From assembly GCA_025457915.1 (NCBI GenBank), contig JALOTL010000005.1, forward strand, positions 68,852 through 132,851: DNA of 64,000 nt, in the 5' to 3' direction. Source of the stretch: Spirochaetota bacterium (GTDB lineage Bacteria > Spirochaetota > UBA4802 > UBA5550). The position numbers and the translations under genes were made by a program. Each line of letters opens with the position of its first letter. Within the stretch, counting starts at the first letter, position 1. Below, one piece after another: positions 53,475 to 63,805 of the stretch. The notes below the pieces were generated by a model, which did not search any database, was not told the DNA's origin, and saw only the letters and a program-made list of their open reading frames with translations.

Positions 53475-53505
53475 TTATTAAGGGATCTGCAACGGGAACA
53501 ATAAT

Positions 53506-55386
53506 ATGAGCTCTAAATTTGAAAAATTGAATGATGATCATGCGGACAGACTTCTTGCGGATTTCTGTAAAAAATGCATGAGTGGGATTTGTATCTTCAC
53601 TGACAGGAATGAACTCGTTTATGTTAACGTTCAGGCAACGAAGATGCTGGAGATAGGGGGGGGTGACCTGGGCAAACCCATAGACAAAATCAGGCCTGAA
53701 ATCGCGGTTCTTTTCAATGATTCCGCCGGGGATCGATTTTTTACAAGGGACATCAGTTTCAGTTCTAAAGCAGGTGAAACAAGGTGGATCATATGCGATA
53801 TATGCAGAATCGGTTCATCCGATGGCCCGCATTACAGGATTGTCTCGGTGACCGACATAACCCGTCTCAAGAATCTGGAATTGAAGTTTGAAAAATCCGA
53901 AAAGAACCTGATTTCAATCATCAATAACATACCGGATGTAGTCTACAGGCTGAATCCGGAATCGAATATAAGCTTCATCAGCGATGAAATCCAAAAATAT
54001 GGATACAATCCAGAAGAACTGAAGGGATTGAACATATGCAGCCTGATACACCCGGATGACAGAAATAAATCTGTATACAGGCTAAATGAGCGGAGAACGG
54101 GGGAAAGAAGAACAAAATCATTCGAGGTGAGGCTTCTTTTGAAAAGTTCTGCAGGGCAGGAATACAGACTTTTCTCCGTCAATGCAGAAGGCCTTTATAA
54201 TGTAGATGAAAACGGCAACCTTGTTTTCGACGGTACGCAGGGAATCGCCAGGGACATAAGTCAAAAGAGAATAACAGAATACGCGCTCTCCGAAAGCGAG
54301 GAGAAGCGCGAGTCCGTGCTTAACGGCCTTGAGGACGGTTACTACGAGGTCGACACACACGGGAACTTTGTTTATTTGAACACATCCCTCTGCAAGATTG
54401 CAGGTTATGATAAAGATGAGATGCTCGGGAAAAACTATAAATCCTTTTTTACGGAAGAAACGGCTGGAATCATATCCAGGGCGTTTACGGAACTTTTTAA
54501 GACCGGAATTTCTAAAAAACTTGCCGCCTGGACTACTATCAGGAAGGACGGGAAAAAAAGGGTGGTGGAGGGCTCGGCATCCATAATCAAAGGACCGGAC
54601 GGCAAGACTGTGGGCTTCAGGGGCATAGTGAGGGATATAACTGAAAAGAAGAAGCTCGAGAACGAATTGCTCCAGGCCAGAAAACTGGAAGCGGTCGGGA
54701 TACTTGCCGGCGGCATCGCTCACGATTACAACAACGCCCTTACAGCCATATTGGGCAATCTGACCCTGGCCAAGCTTGAAATCGGGGAGGGCAATAAATC
54801 CCTGATGGAGATTCTCAATGACGCCGAGTCTGCGTCGCTTCGCGTAATGGAGCTGACAAAAAGGCTCGGTACGTTTGCCAGGGGCGGGAAGCCGAACAAG
54901 AAGAAGTGCTCCATCCTGAAAGTGATTGAAGAAACGGTTGAAAGAGAGATTGTGGATTATTCCGGCCGAATAATCATAAATTCCTCCGGGGGTCTCTGGG
55001 ACGTGGAGGTGGATGATTTTCAGATCGGACATGTATTTGTCAATATAATTGATAATTCGAAAGAGGCCGCTCCTGAAGGAGGGGAAATTGTGGTCAGTGT
55101 GGAAAATGTCAAGGTCGACAGGGAGGAGTCGCACCATGAAATAACGCTTGAACCCGGGGATTATTTGATGATTTCGATCAGGGATAACGGGCCCGGCATA
55201 ACACCCGACGATATCAACAAAATTTTCGACCCTTACTTCACGACCAAGGACATGTCAAGCGGATTGGGACTCGCGACCAGTTATGCTATTATTAAACGGC
55301 ATTACGGATATATCGATGTCGAGTCCGCACCCGGAAATGGGTCCGTGTTTTTTATTTATCTCCCTGCATATAAGGGACAGGATTAA
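53506..55386 (+). CDS. PAS-domain sensor histidine kinase (no receiver domain and no adjacent response regulator)
   Basis: Multiple PAS-like segments. HisKA H-box LEAVGILAGGIAHDYNNALTAILG and a HATPase_c region (VNIIDNSKEA...RDNGPGI...SSGLGLATSYAIIKRHYGYIDVESAPGNGSVF). Confidence 0.85.
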   Translation: MSSKFEKLNDDHADRLLADFCKKCMSGICIFTDRNELVYVNVQATKMLEIGGGDLGKPIDKIRPEIAVLFNDSAGDRFFTRDISFSSKAGETRWIICDICRIGSSDGPHYRIVSVTDITRLKNLELKFEKSEKNLISIINNIPDVVYRLNPESNISFISDEIQKYGYNPEELKGLNICSLIHPDDRNKSVYRLNERRTGERRTKSFEVRLLLKSSAGQEYRLFSVNAEGLYNVDENGNLVFDGTQGIARDISQKRITEYALSESEEKRESVLNGLEDGYYEVDTHGNFVYLNTSLCKIAGYDKDEMLGKNYKSFFTEETAGIISRAFTELFKTGISKKLAAWTTIRKDGKKRVVEGSASIIKGPDGKTVGFRGIVRDITEKKKLENELLQARKLEAVGILAGGIAHDYNNALTAILGNLTLAKLEIGEGNKSLMEILNDAESASLRVMELTKRLGTFARGGKPNKKKCSILKVIEETVEREIVDYSGRIIINSSGGLWDVEVDDFQIGHVFVNIIDNSKEAAPEGGEIVVSVENVKVDREESHHEITLEPGDYLMISIRDNGPGITPDDINKIFDPYFTTKDMSSGLGLATSYAIIKRHYGYIDVESAPGNGSVFFIYLPAYKGQD

Positions 55387-55508
55387 TTTAATATTTCCAG
55401 CTTCAGCAGTTATTATCTTGCATATTTGTTGAAAATCATGCATTATTATCAATACCTTTGCCGATTTTTCCGCGTCCCGACAAATAATTGTTGCCCCCAT
55501 AGACAAGG

Positions 55509-55524
55509 ATGTAAATATTTACAT
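55509..55524. promoter_or_regulatory. Perfect 16-bp palindrome ATGTAAATATTTACAT about 95 bp upstream of glgP; candidate operator
   Basis: Exact palindrome read from the sequence in the glgP upstream region. Confidence 0.3.
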
Positions 55525-55619
55525 TATTTGAAGTTTATGTCGATGTCAAAACGGGCACTGCGCAGAATTTTCAGGGGAGATCCGAATCGGCTGGTGGTTG
55601 ACATTAAATATCCGGGGGA

Positions 55620-58190
55620 ATGATGGCAAAGATTCAGACTTTCAAGGTTGTACCTTACCTTCCAGAGAAGCTGAAGCCGCTTTTTAAAATAGCGAACAAC
55701 ATGTGGTGGGTATGGAATTTCGAAGCGATAGAACTTTTCAGGAGACTCGATGTCGAGCTGTGGAGGGAGGTTGAACACAATCCCCTCAAGCTTCTCGGTT
55801 CCCTGTCGCAAAAGACCCTCGATGAAACCGCGGAATCCGAGAGCTTTCTCGCCCATATGGACAGGGTCGAGAAGGAACTCGACTGGCACATGACAAGAAA
55901 ATCATGGTACGATGAAAACAAGGTGAATTTTGATAATGCGGGAATCGCTTACTTCTCAGCCGAGTTCGGGATCCATGAAAGCCTTCCAATGTACTCGGGA
56001 GGACTCGGCGTGCTAGCCGGCGACCATATCAAATCAGCAAGCGAACTGGGGATCCCCCTTTACGGCGTCGGGTTGCTGTACAGGCTCGGATATTTCAGGC
56101 AGTATCTGAATCTTGACGGCTGGCAGCAGGAAAAATTTCCTGAAATAGATTTCCATAACATCCCCGCAAGTCCCGTAAGGGATGATTCCGGCAAACCCAT
56201 GATAATCAGCGTTTCCATGCCCGGGAGGGAGGTATACGCCCAGATCTGGAAAATCAACATCGGAAAGGTGACCCTTTTTCTCCTGGATACGAATATTGAA
56301 ATGAACAGCCTTGATGACAGGATTCTCACTGACCAGCTTTACGGCGGCGACAACGAGATGAGGATAAAACAGGAGATTCTTCTGGGGATAGGCGGTCTGA
56401 GGGCCCTGAGGGCCATGCAAGTTGATATTACGGTTTACCACATGAACGAGGGCCACCCGGCTTTTCTTGCCATTGAAAGGACGGTGAATCTGATAGAAGA
56501 AAAAAAGACGCCTTTTCATGTTGCGTTTGAATACGTCATGTCGAGCAATGTTTTCACGACGCATACTCCCGTACCCGCGGGAAACGACAGGTTCGAGCCA
56601 GAGATGATCGACAAGTATCTTTCAAATTATTATTCCAGACTGGGAATTTCAAGAGACAGGTTTCTGTCGCTCGGAAGGGAAAATCCGGAAAACAAAAAGG
56701 AGCCTTTTTGCATGACCGTTCTGGCTATTAAAATGTCGTCCGGCTGCAATGGAGTGTCAAAACTTCACGGCAAGGTATCCAGAAACATGTGGAAAAACCT
56801 GTGGCCGACTCTCCCGGTGCATGAAATTCCGATCGGGCACATAACGAACGGCATACAGACACTGTCATGGACCTCGGATGAAATGATGAGGCTTTTCAAC
56901 CGGTACATGGGCCCGAGATGGATCGACAATCCGGCCGACACAACGATCTGGCAGAATATCGATGATATACCGGATTCTGAGCTCTGGAGGAGCAGGGAAA
57001 GGCTGAGGGAAAGGTTAGTGTCCTTCGCGAGAAAAAGACTCAAGGAGCAGCTCCTCGCCCGCGGCGTGTCGCCCAAGGAAGCCGAAAAGGCGAATTCGGT
57101 TCTTGACCCGGACGCCCTGACCATAGGTTTTGGAAGAAGGTTCGCGACATACAAAAGGGCCACGCTTCTGCTTCGAAGCATCGAAAAGCTTGTCTCTCTT
57201 CTGCACGATAAGGACAGGCCGCTGCAAATAATTTTTGCCGGCAAGGCTCATCCAATGGACAACATGGGGAAAGAGCTCATCAGGCAGATAATTCACATTA
57301 CGAATGATGAAAGGTTCAAGGATAAGATAGTATTTCTCGAGGATTATGATATAAATATTGCGAGGTACCTTGTCCAGGGTGTCGATATCTGGCTGAATAA
57401 TCCCATCAGGCCCAAGGAGGCATCCGGTACCAGCGGGATGAAAGTCGTTCCTAACGGCGGATTGAACATCAGTGTTCTGGATGGATGGTGGGTGGAGGCA
57501 TACAACAGCGAGAACGGCTGGGCGATAGGCAAGGGGGAGGAGTATACCGATCTGGCCTACCAGGATGAAGTTGAGAGTCTTTTCCTTTACAACATCATAG
57601 AACAGGAAGTCAAACCTGCTTTCTACACGAGGGGTGTTGACGGAATCCCGAGGGAATGGGTCAAGAAGATGAAGGAATCCATGAAAACGATTTGTTCCGA
57701 ATTCAATACAAACAGGATGGTGAAGGACTACACCGAAAAATATTACAAACCGGCGCACAGGAACCATCTGAAATTTTCCACAGAAGATTTCAAATACTCA
57801 AAGGATATTTCCGAGTGGAAATCAAGGGTGATGCAGAAATGGGGGGATATTGAAATAATCAATCTGGCCTTTGAGCACAAGGGGGAGATAACCGTCGGAA
57901 CGAAGGTGTCGGTTTCAGCCGAAGTAAGGCTTGGCGGCCTGAAACCGGAAGATGTCCTGGTGGAGCTATATTTCGGGGCCCTTGACAGCACTGGAAACAT
58001 AATTGAGGGCGTTGCATTGCCCATGAATTTAAGGGAATCAATGGACGGTACACATATTTATGAGGGGCGGATTCTGTGCCTGAGATCGGGTCAATTCGGT
58101 TTCACTGCCCGAATCATACCCCATAACTCCAATCTCGTAAGGAAATTCGATCCAGATCTCAAGATCTACTGGATGCAGGAGATTCATTGA
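55620..58190 (+). CDS. glgP: Alpha-glucan (glycogen/maltodextrin) phosphorylase, GlgP 'alpha-glucan family' type with DUF3417 N-terminal region
   Basis: GGLGVLAGDHIKSASELGIPLYGVGLLYRLGYFRQ...FAGKAHPMDNMGKELI...EASGTSGMK (PLP-Lys motif). Confidence 0.9.
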   Translation: MMAKIQTFKVVPYLPEKLKPLFKIANNMWWVWNFEAIELFRRLDVELWREVEHNPLKLLGSLSQKTLDETAESESFLAHMDRVEKELDWHMTRKSWYDENKVNFDNAGIAYFSAEFGIHESLPMYSGGLGVLAGDHIKSASELGIPLYGVGLLYRLGYFRQYLNLDGWQQEKFPEIDFHNIPASPVRDDSGKPMIISVSMPGREVYAQIWKINIGKVTLFLLDTNIEMNSLDDRILTDQLYGGDNEMRIKQEILLGIGGLRALRAMQVDITVYHMNEGHPAFLAIERTVNLIEEKKTPFHVAFEYVMSSNVFTTHTPVPAGNDRFEPEMIDKYLSNYYSRLGISRDRFLSLGRENPENKKEPFCMTVLAIKMSSGCNGVSKLHGKVSRNMWKNLWPTLPVHEIPIGHITNGIQTLSWTSDEMMRLFNRYMGPRWIDNPADTTIWQNIDDIPDSELWRSRERLRERLVSFARKRLKEQLLARGVSPKEAEKANSVLDPDALTIGFGRRFATYKRATLLLRSIEKLVSLLHDKDRPLQIIFAGKAHPMDNMGKELIRQIIHITNDERFKDKIVFLEDYDINIARYLVQGVDIWLNNPIRPKEASGTSGMKVVPNGGLNISVLDGWWVEAYNSENGWAIGKGEEYTDLAYQDEVESLFLYNIIEQEVKPAFYTRGVDGIPREWVKKMKESMKTICSEFNTNRMVKDYTEKYYKPAHRNHLKFSTEDFKYSKDISEWKSRVMQKWGDIEIINLAFEHKGEITVGTKVSVSAEVRLGGLKPEDVLVELYFGALDSTGNIIEGVALPMNLRESMDGTHIYEGRILCLRSGQFGFTARIIPHNSNLVRKFDPDLKIYWMQEIH

Positions 58191-59027
58191 ATGAAAGCAT
58201 GTAAACTTCTATTATCGGCTTTGTTTATTTTTATGATAGCGACCCCTTCTTTTGCCGTGACCTATGGCGTCGGAATGTCGGTTAACATACTCTGGTGGCA
58301 GCCTTACTGGACCGAGGGCGGATTGGAAATGAATAAAGGCAAAAAGAAAAGCAGCATGGATTCTGCGACGCATTACGGACCGATGCTGACTGCGGTATTT
58401 GACAGGTGGACGTTGACAACATCCTTCAGGTACGGAAGCTATGAAACAAAAGGAAATAATGTCGCAGTCTATGAGAACCTGATCATGGTAGACAATCTGC
58501 CGACCTTTTATAGTTACAACGGCTATGTAAACAAATATGATTACAATCTGTACCTGGGATATCTTCTTAATAAATACATGAAAATAATCGGTGGAATCAG
58601 ATACATGGGCTTCAGCATGAATGAAAAAAGATCTTTGATAGTGAAGTTCAGCTATTACCTTTTGCCTGTTGATGCCAGGCACATTATTTCCAGTAATACG
58701 GCGGGACCGTCCATAGGTGTCGGATTCGACGTGCCATTGATGAAAGACCTTTACCTGCTGCCGAAGATTTCATGGGTCATGCTCTGGGGGAATAATTACG
58801 AGGGATCGAGTTTTGTAAGAGTTCCAAAATCGACACTGATGTATTACGGGTTCAATACCAGCCTTTCGCTGGCCTATCACTGGGCTGATATTAAGACGAC
58901 CTTCGTCCTGGGGTACAGGGCGCAGATTCTTATGATCAAAGCAATGACCGGCAGCAGTTACGCATCACACAGGAGCGACCTGACGCAGGGGATCCAGATG
59001 TCAGCCGAGTATTCGTTCGACCTGTAG
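58191..59027 (+). CDS. Outer-membrane beta-barrel protein, start overlapping the glgP stop (TGAATG)
   Basis: Signal peptide MKACKLLLSALFIFMIATPSFA. Amphipathic beta-strands rich in Y/G/N and a C-terminal ...AEYSFDL aromatic-x-aromatic-type terminus. Confidence 0.5.
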   Translation: MKACKLLLSALFIFMIATPSFAVTYGVGMSVNILWWQPYWTEGGLEMNKGKKKSSMDSATHYGPMLTAVFDRWTLTTSFRYGSYETKGNNVAVYENLIMVDNLPTFYSYNGYVNKYDYNLYLGYLLNKYMKIIGGIRYMGFSMNEKRSLIVKFSYYLLPVDARHIISSNTAGPSIGVGFDVPLMKDLYLLPKISWVMLWGNNYEGSSFVRVPKSTLMYYGFNTSLSLAYHWADIKTTFVLGYRAQILMIKAMTGSSYASHRSDLTQGIQMSAEYSFDL

Positions 59028-59029
59028 AT

Positions 59030-59683
59030 CTACAGGTCGCCCCCAGCCTCTTTTTCAAGCCTGTCGAAGAAATCGATCATGAAGGAATGTCTTTCCCGGG
59101 CAAGCCTTTTTCCTTCCGCCGTCAGCATCCTGTCTTTCACGAACCTCAGCTTAACGGCGTATTCCCTGTAAGCCGTGTCTTCCTCGCTGTAGGCCTCGGC
59201 CGTTTCGGCGGCGTCACCGGTGTTGTGCAGCCTGGCGCCAATTTCTCCGGAAAAAAGGAATGCCCTGCCGATTCCGACCGCTCCTATTGAATCAAGCTTG
59301 TCGGCATCGAAAATGATCCTGCCCTCGATGGATGCAGGCATCCTGTCGTCCCTGAACCTGTGGGTCAGGATGCAGCTGCATATCCTGTCGGTTTTACCGC
59401 CGTCGAGTCCGCATTCAAGAAGAAATTCCCTTGCCATTATGCTCCCGGCCTCGGCATGGCAGGTTTTCCCTCCGTCGGAATCCTCGAGCTTTCTGGCAAT
59501 ATCATGGAGTATAGCGGCGACCCTGACTATGAAAATATCGGATCCCGCTTCGGTTTGCGCTATTCTTTCAGCTATATTGAGCACCCTCATTACGTGGTCC
59601 CATCCATGGCTGGAATGGATGCCTTTCATCATGCGCCTGGCATAATCCATCGATTCTCTGATTATTTTTTCTTCGGGGCTCAT
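59030..59683 (-). CDS. HD-domain phosphohydrolase
   Basis: HGWDHVMRV...ILHDIARK...FDADKLDS HD motifs. Confidence 0.75.
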   Translation of the reverse strand: MSPEEKIIRESMDYARRMMKGIHSSHGWDHVMRVLNIAERIAQTEAGSDIFIVRVAAILHDIARKLEDSDGGKTCHAEAGSIMAREFLLECGLDGGKTDRICSCILTHRFRDDRMPASIEGRIIFDADKLDSIGAVGIGRAFLFSGEIGARLHNTGDAAETAEAYSEEDTAYREYAVKLRFVKDRMLTAEGKRLARERHSFMIDFFDRLEKEAGGDL

Positions 59684-59714
59684 TATGCTGGCGATCGGCT
59701 GGCAGGATCCGGCG

Positions 59715-61511
59715 TCAGTTGATTTTAAGGACCGTCAGGAATGCCTCCTGCGGCACCTCGACGGATCCAATCTGCTTCATTCTTTTTTTGCCTTCTTTCT
59801 GCTTCTCCAGGAGCTTCCTTTTCCGGGTTATATCGCCGCCGTAGCACTTGGCTGTGACGTTCTTCCGCAGGGGAGAGATGTTCTCCCTGGCGATGATTTT
59901 TTGTCCGACTGCGGCCTGGAGTGGTATCTTGAACTGGTGTCTTGGTATGATGTTCTTCAGCTTCTCAATTATGTCCTTGCCCCTCTGGTAAGCCTTGTCT
60001 TCATGGACGACGAAAGAAAGCGCGTCGACCGGTTCTGCATTTACCAGTATGTCAACCTTTACCATTTTTGCCGGCCTGAAGTCCCTGAATTCATAATCGA
60101 AGGATGCATAACCCTTGGAATAGGATTTAAGCTTGTCGTAGAAATTGAATACAATCTCTGCCAGCGGAAGCTCGTAATTGAGCTGGACCCTGTTCTGGTC
60201 TATGTATTCCATGCCTTTATGCAGGCCCCTGCAATCCGTAACCAGGGACATTATGTTTCCCACGTACTCCGACGGGGTGATTATCGAGGCATCGACGATC
60301 GGTTCTTCTATTCGTTCGATCATGCCGGGGTCCGGCAGCTTAACGGGATTGTCGATTGTAAGCTTTTCGCCGTTTACGAGATATACCTTGTATTCGACGC
60401 TCGGGGCGGTAGTAACAAGGGAGAGATCGAATTCCCTCTCCAGCCTCTCCTGGACAATCTCCATGTGAAGAAGTCCGAGATACCCGCATCTGAAGCCGAA
60501 ACCAAGTGCGTATGAATTGTCCGGTTCGAACATCAAAGATGCGTCATTTAATCTGAGCTTGTAAAGAGCGTCCTTCAGGTTTTCATAATCATCGCTGTAC
60601 ATGGGATATAGACCGGAGAATACCATTGATTTCACGTCTTTGAATCCCTGCAGCGGTTTATCCGCAGGCAACAGTCCTCCCGTGACGGTGTCGCCGATCT
60701 TGGTGTCAACGACTGTTTTTATCCCGGCAACTATGTATCCGACGTCGCCCGGCTCCAGGATCGGCTTTTTTTCAAGATTGAGCCTGAATATGCCTACCTC
60801 CGTGACTGTGTATTTTTTTCCCGTAGAAAAAAGCATTATCTGGTCGTCTTTTTTTACCGTACCGTCGAATATCCTGACCTTTATAATGGCCCCCAGATAC
60901 TTGTCGAAGAATGAATCGAAGATCAGGGCCTTCAGGGGTCCGTCTTGTTTCCCCTCGGGGCACGGTATGGTTTCAATGATTTTTTCCATGAGATCGTCTA
61001 TCCCGGTGCCCTCCCTGGCTGAAACAGGAACCGCGGAAGAGGGGTCCAGCCCGAGTATCTTTTTTATGCTCTCCCTTGTGCCTTCTATGTCGGCGGTGGG
61101 CATGTCTATCTTGTTGATGACCGGAAGTATTTCGAGATTGTTCTCGAGCGCCAGATAGAGATTGGCTATAGTCTGGGCCTCGACGCCCTGCGATGCGTCC
61201 ACTACCAGGATGACTCCGTCGCAGGCGGCCAGCGCCCTGGAGACCTCATATGTGAAGTCCACGTGTCCAGGAGTATCTATCAGGTTGAATATGTAATCCT
61301 CGCCGCTTCTTGACTTGTAATTAAGGGTCACGGCGTTCGATTTAATGGTTATGCCACGCTCCCTTTCTATGTCCATGTTGTCCAGCATTTGATCGACCAG
61401 GTCCCTGGAACTGACCAGCTTGCATTTTTCTATGATCCTGTCAGCAAGGGTGGATTTACCATGGTCGATATGGGCTATGATGGAGAAATTTCTTATATGT
61501 TTGAGGTCCAT
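59715..61511 (-). CDS. lepA: Translation elongation factor 4 (LepA)
   Basis: [20 protein letters not shown]...DTPGHVDF and C-terminal LepA-specific domains. Confidence 0.95.
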   Translation of the reverse strand: MDLKHIRNFSIIAHIDHGKSTLADRIIEKCKLVSSRDLVDQMLDNMDIERERGITIKSNAVTLNYKSRSGEDYIFNLIDTPGHVDFTYEVSRALAACDGVILVVDASQGVEAQTIANLYLALENNLEILPVINKIDMPTADIEGTRESIKKILGLDPSSAVPVSAREGTGIDDLMEKIIETIPCPEGKQDGPLKALIFDSFFDKYLGAIIKVRIFDGTVKKDDQIMLFSTGKKYTVTEVGIFRLNLEKKPILEPGDVGYIVAGIKTVVDTKIGDTVTGGLLPADKPLQGFKDVKSMVFSGLYPMYSDDYENLKDALYKLRLNDASLMFEPDNSYALGFGFRCGYLGLLHMEIVQERLEREFDLSLVTTAPSVEYKVYLVNGEKLTIDNPVKLPDPGMIERIEEPIVDASIITPSEYVGNIMSLVTDCRGLHKGMEYIDQNRVQLNYELPLAEIVFNFYDKLKSYSKGYASFDYEFRDFRPAKMVKVDILVNAEPVDALSFVVHEDKAYQRGKDIIEKLKNIIPRHQFKIPLQAAVGQKIIARENISPLRKNVTAKCYGGDITRKRKLLEKQKEGKKRMKQIGSVEVPQEAFLTVLKIN

Positions 61512-61592
61512 GTTTTTTACCGGTTTGAGCTAAGAAAATACAATATCGCCATAAGGCAAGGATTTTTTCGGGAGAGTTTGTAAAACATCAGG

Positions 61593-62327
61593 TCATTCCT
61601 TCATCATTTCGTAGATGATTATCGCGGCTGCAACTGAAGCGTTCAGGGACGGTATTTTTCCCCTCAGCGGAATCTTAACAAGGAAATCGCATTTTTCCGC
61701 AGTGAGCCGCCTCATCCCTTCGCCCTCGCTTCCTATTACGATCAAAGCCGGTCTGTATGGCCTGACGTCCGAAATATCCTTTTCACCCCTGTCGGATGTG
61801 CCTATCACCCAGAAACCGGCCTCCTTCGCGGCGTCTATAAATGCGGCTGTGTTTGCCGCCTGGAGTATTTCCAGGTAAGCTGTCGCACCGGCGGAGGTCT
61901 TTATGACGGTTTCGGTTATGCCGGCCGATCCGGATCTTGGAATGACAACACCGTCCGCCCCCAGGGCCTCGGAGCTTCTTATGATGGAGCCTACATTGTG
62001 CGGATCCGTGAGGTGGTCAAGCAGGACGAGCAGGCCTTTTTTCCCGGCCGTCTGTCTGAGAAACCCCTCCTGGGACAGGCGGACCGTGTCTCCGGTTATC
62101 TCCAGAATTACGCCCTGGTGCGTTGAGGACGGGTGATGGGACGAGAAATATTCCTTTTGTTTCCTGATGATGCGGGCCTTCTTTTTGCCGGCCTCACTGA
62201 TTATTTCATCGATTATTTTACCGTGGGCGCCTTCTGATATGTACAGAACCAGTCCGCTGCCAGGGCGGGATTCCCTGAGGTATTCATAAACCGGATTGCG
62301 GCCAGTGACTATTGTTTTTTCTTCCAC
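61593..62327 (-). CDS. rlmB: 23S rRNA (guanosine-2'-O)-methyltransferase RlmB (SpoU/TrmH family)
   Basis: GRNPVYEYL N-terminal substrate-binding domain. SpoU motifs LLVLLDHLTDPHNVGSIIRSSEALGADGVVI and GSEGEGMRRL. Confidence 0.8.
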   Translation of the reverse strand: MEEKTIVTGRNPVYEYLRESRPGSGLVLYISEGAHGKIIDEIISEAGKKKARIIRKQKEYFSSHHPSSTHQGVILEITGDTVRLSQEGFLRQTAGKKGLLVLLDHLTDPHNVGSIIRSSEALGADGVVIPRSGSAGITETVIKTSAGATAYLEILQAANTAAFIDAAKEAGFWVIGTSDRGEKDISDVRPYRPALIVIGSEGEGMRRLTAEKCDFLVKIPLRGKIPSLNASVAAAIIIYEMMKE

Positions 62328-63739
62328 CTTGTCCCGTCTTTGGTATCCTCCAGGATAATTCCTTTATCCAGGAGAATACGCCTTATTTCATCCGCCCTGT
62401 TAAAGTCCCTGGCTTTCTTGGCCGCTGCCCTTTCGCCTATGAGCGATTCTATCCTGCCCGCATCAGGGCCCGCATCGTCGCCGCGTTCCGGGAAAATGAA
62501 GGCGAGTACCGAGTCTGTCTTTTTCATGGCGGAAATGATCATTTCCCTGTCCGAAACGTTCAGGGATTCATCGTTAATCATGCTGTTGACTGAATGTATG
62601 AAATCGAACATCGCGCCGAGCGCCCTGGATATGTTCAGATCGTCATCAAGGGATTCGGTGAATTCATGGAGGAACCGGCCGCACAGAGATTCAGTTTCTC
62701 CTGATGCGGTGCCGTTCGACTTGAGGTCATCAAGTCTCACCAGGAGATTGTCTATCCTTGACAGCGCCTGCTCCGCCTGTTTAAGGCCGTCAAAGGTGAA
62801 ATTGAGCTGTTTTCTATAATGGGCTGATATGAGAAGGTACCTGATGGACCTGGGAGAATAACCTTTTCCGGTAAGGTCCCTCAGGGTGTAGAAATTTCCC
62901 TTTGATTTGGACATCTTGGATCCGTCCACCAGCAGGTGCTCGATATGTATCCAGTGTCTCACGAAGGTTTCGCCGTACGCCGCTTCGCTCTGCGCTATCT
63001 CGTTTTCGTGGTGTGGAAATATAAGATCCACCCCGCCCGTGTGAATATCTATCGTCCTGCCGAATATCTTTCTTATCATCGCCGAACATTCTATATGCCA
63101 GCCGGGCCTTCCCCTGCCGAAAGGAGTGTCCCAGCTTGTCTCCCCGGGCTTTGCCGCCTTCCAGAGGGCGAAGTCCCTTACATCGTCTTTTTCATATTCA
63201 TCAGTGTCATACCTGAGTCCGCTTTTTATTTCCCTGGAATCAAGCCGGCTCAGTTTTCCGTATCCTTCAAACCTGGAAATGCTGAAATACAGAGACCCGT
63301 CCCTTTCATAAACGATCCCTTTTTCATTGAGGCGGTTTATGATGTCAATCATGGCGTCGATTGATTCCGTGGCCCTGGGATTGTACTCGACCGGTTCTAT
63401 ATTCAGTGTAGCGAGGTCCTCAAAGAATATGTCGGTGTATCTTTTTGTATATTCTTCGAGCGTGATTTTTTCTGAGTTCGCTCCCGCAATCGTCTTGTCG
63501 TCAACGTCTGTTATGTTCATCGCATGTTCGACGCGGAACCCGCGGAATTTAAAATAACGCCTGAGGAGGTCGTTGAATACGTATGTCCTGAAATTTCCTA
63601 TATGGGCGTAGTTGTATACGGTCGGACCGCAGGAATAGATGGTAAGGGGAGGGTAGTCCCCGGTCCATACCGTTCTTTTTCCTCCCGGTATGATTTCCTC
63701 GACCGTTCCCGAAAGGGTGTTGTGGATTCTCAGCGCCAT
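62309..63739 (-). CDS. cysS: Cysteine--tRNA ligase
   Basis: IYSCGPTVYNYAHIGNFRTYVFNDLLRRY, a HIGH-type region, a KMSKS motif, and CysS-specific zinc ligands. Confidence 0.95.
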   Translation of the reverse strand: MALRIHNTLSGTVEEIIPGGKRTVWTGDYPPLTIYSCGPTVYNYAHIGNFRTYVFNDLLRRYFKFRGFRVEHAMNITDVDDKTIAGANSEKITLEEYTKRYTDIFFEDLATLNIEPVEYNPRATESIDAMIDIINRLNEKGIVYERDGSLYFSISRFEGYGKLSRLDSREIKSGLRYDTDEYEKDDVRDFALWKAAKPGETSWDTPFGRGRPGWHIECSAMIRKIFGRTIDIHTGGVDLIFPHHENEIAQSEAAYGETFVRHWIHIEHLLVDGSKMSKSKGNFYTLRDLTGKGYSPRSIRYLLISAHYRKQLNFTFDGLKQAEQALSRIDNLLVRLDDLKSNGTASGETESLCGRFLHEFTESLDDDLNISRALGAMFDFIHSVNSMINDESLNVSDREMIISAMKKTDSVLAFIFPERGDDAGPDAGRIESLIGERAAAKKARDFNRADEIRRILLDKGIILEDTKDGTRWKKKQ

Positions 63740-63805
63740 ATTTCAATACCTGAGCGTAGGACATTAGCACCGGGTCCCGTTGTCAAACACTTTTTGGTGG
63801 GATCA

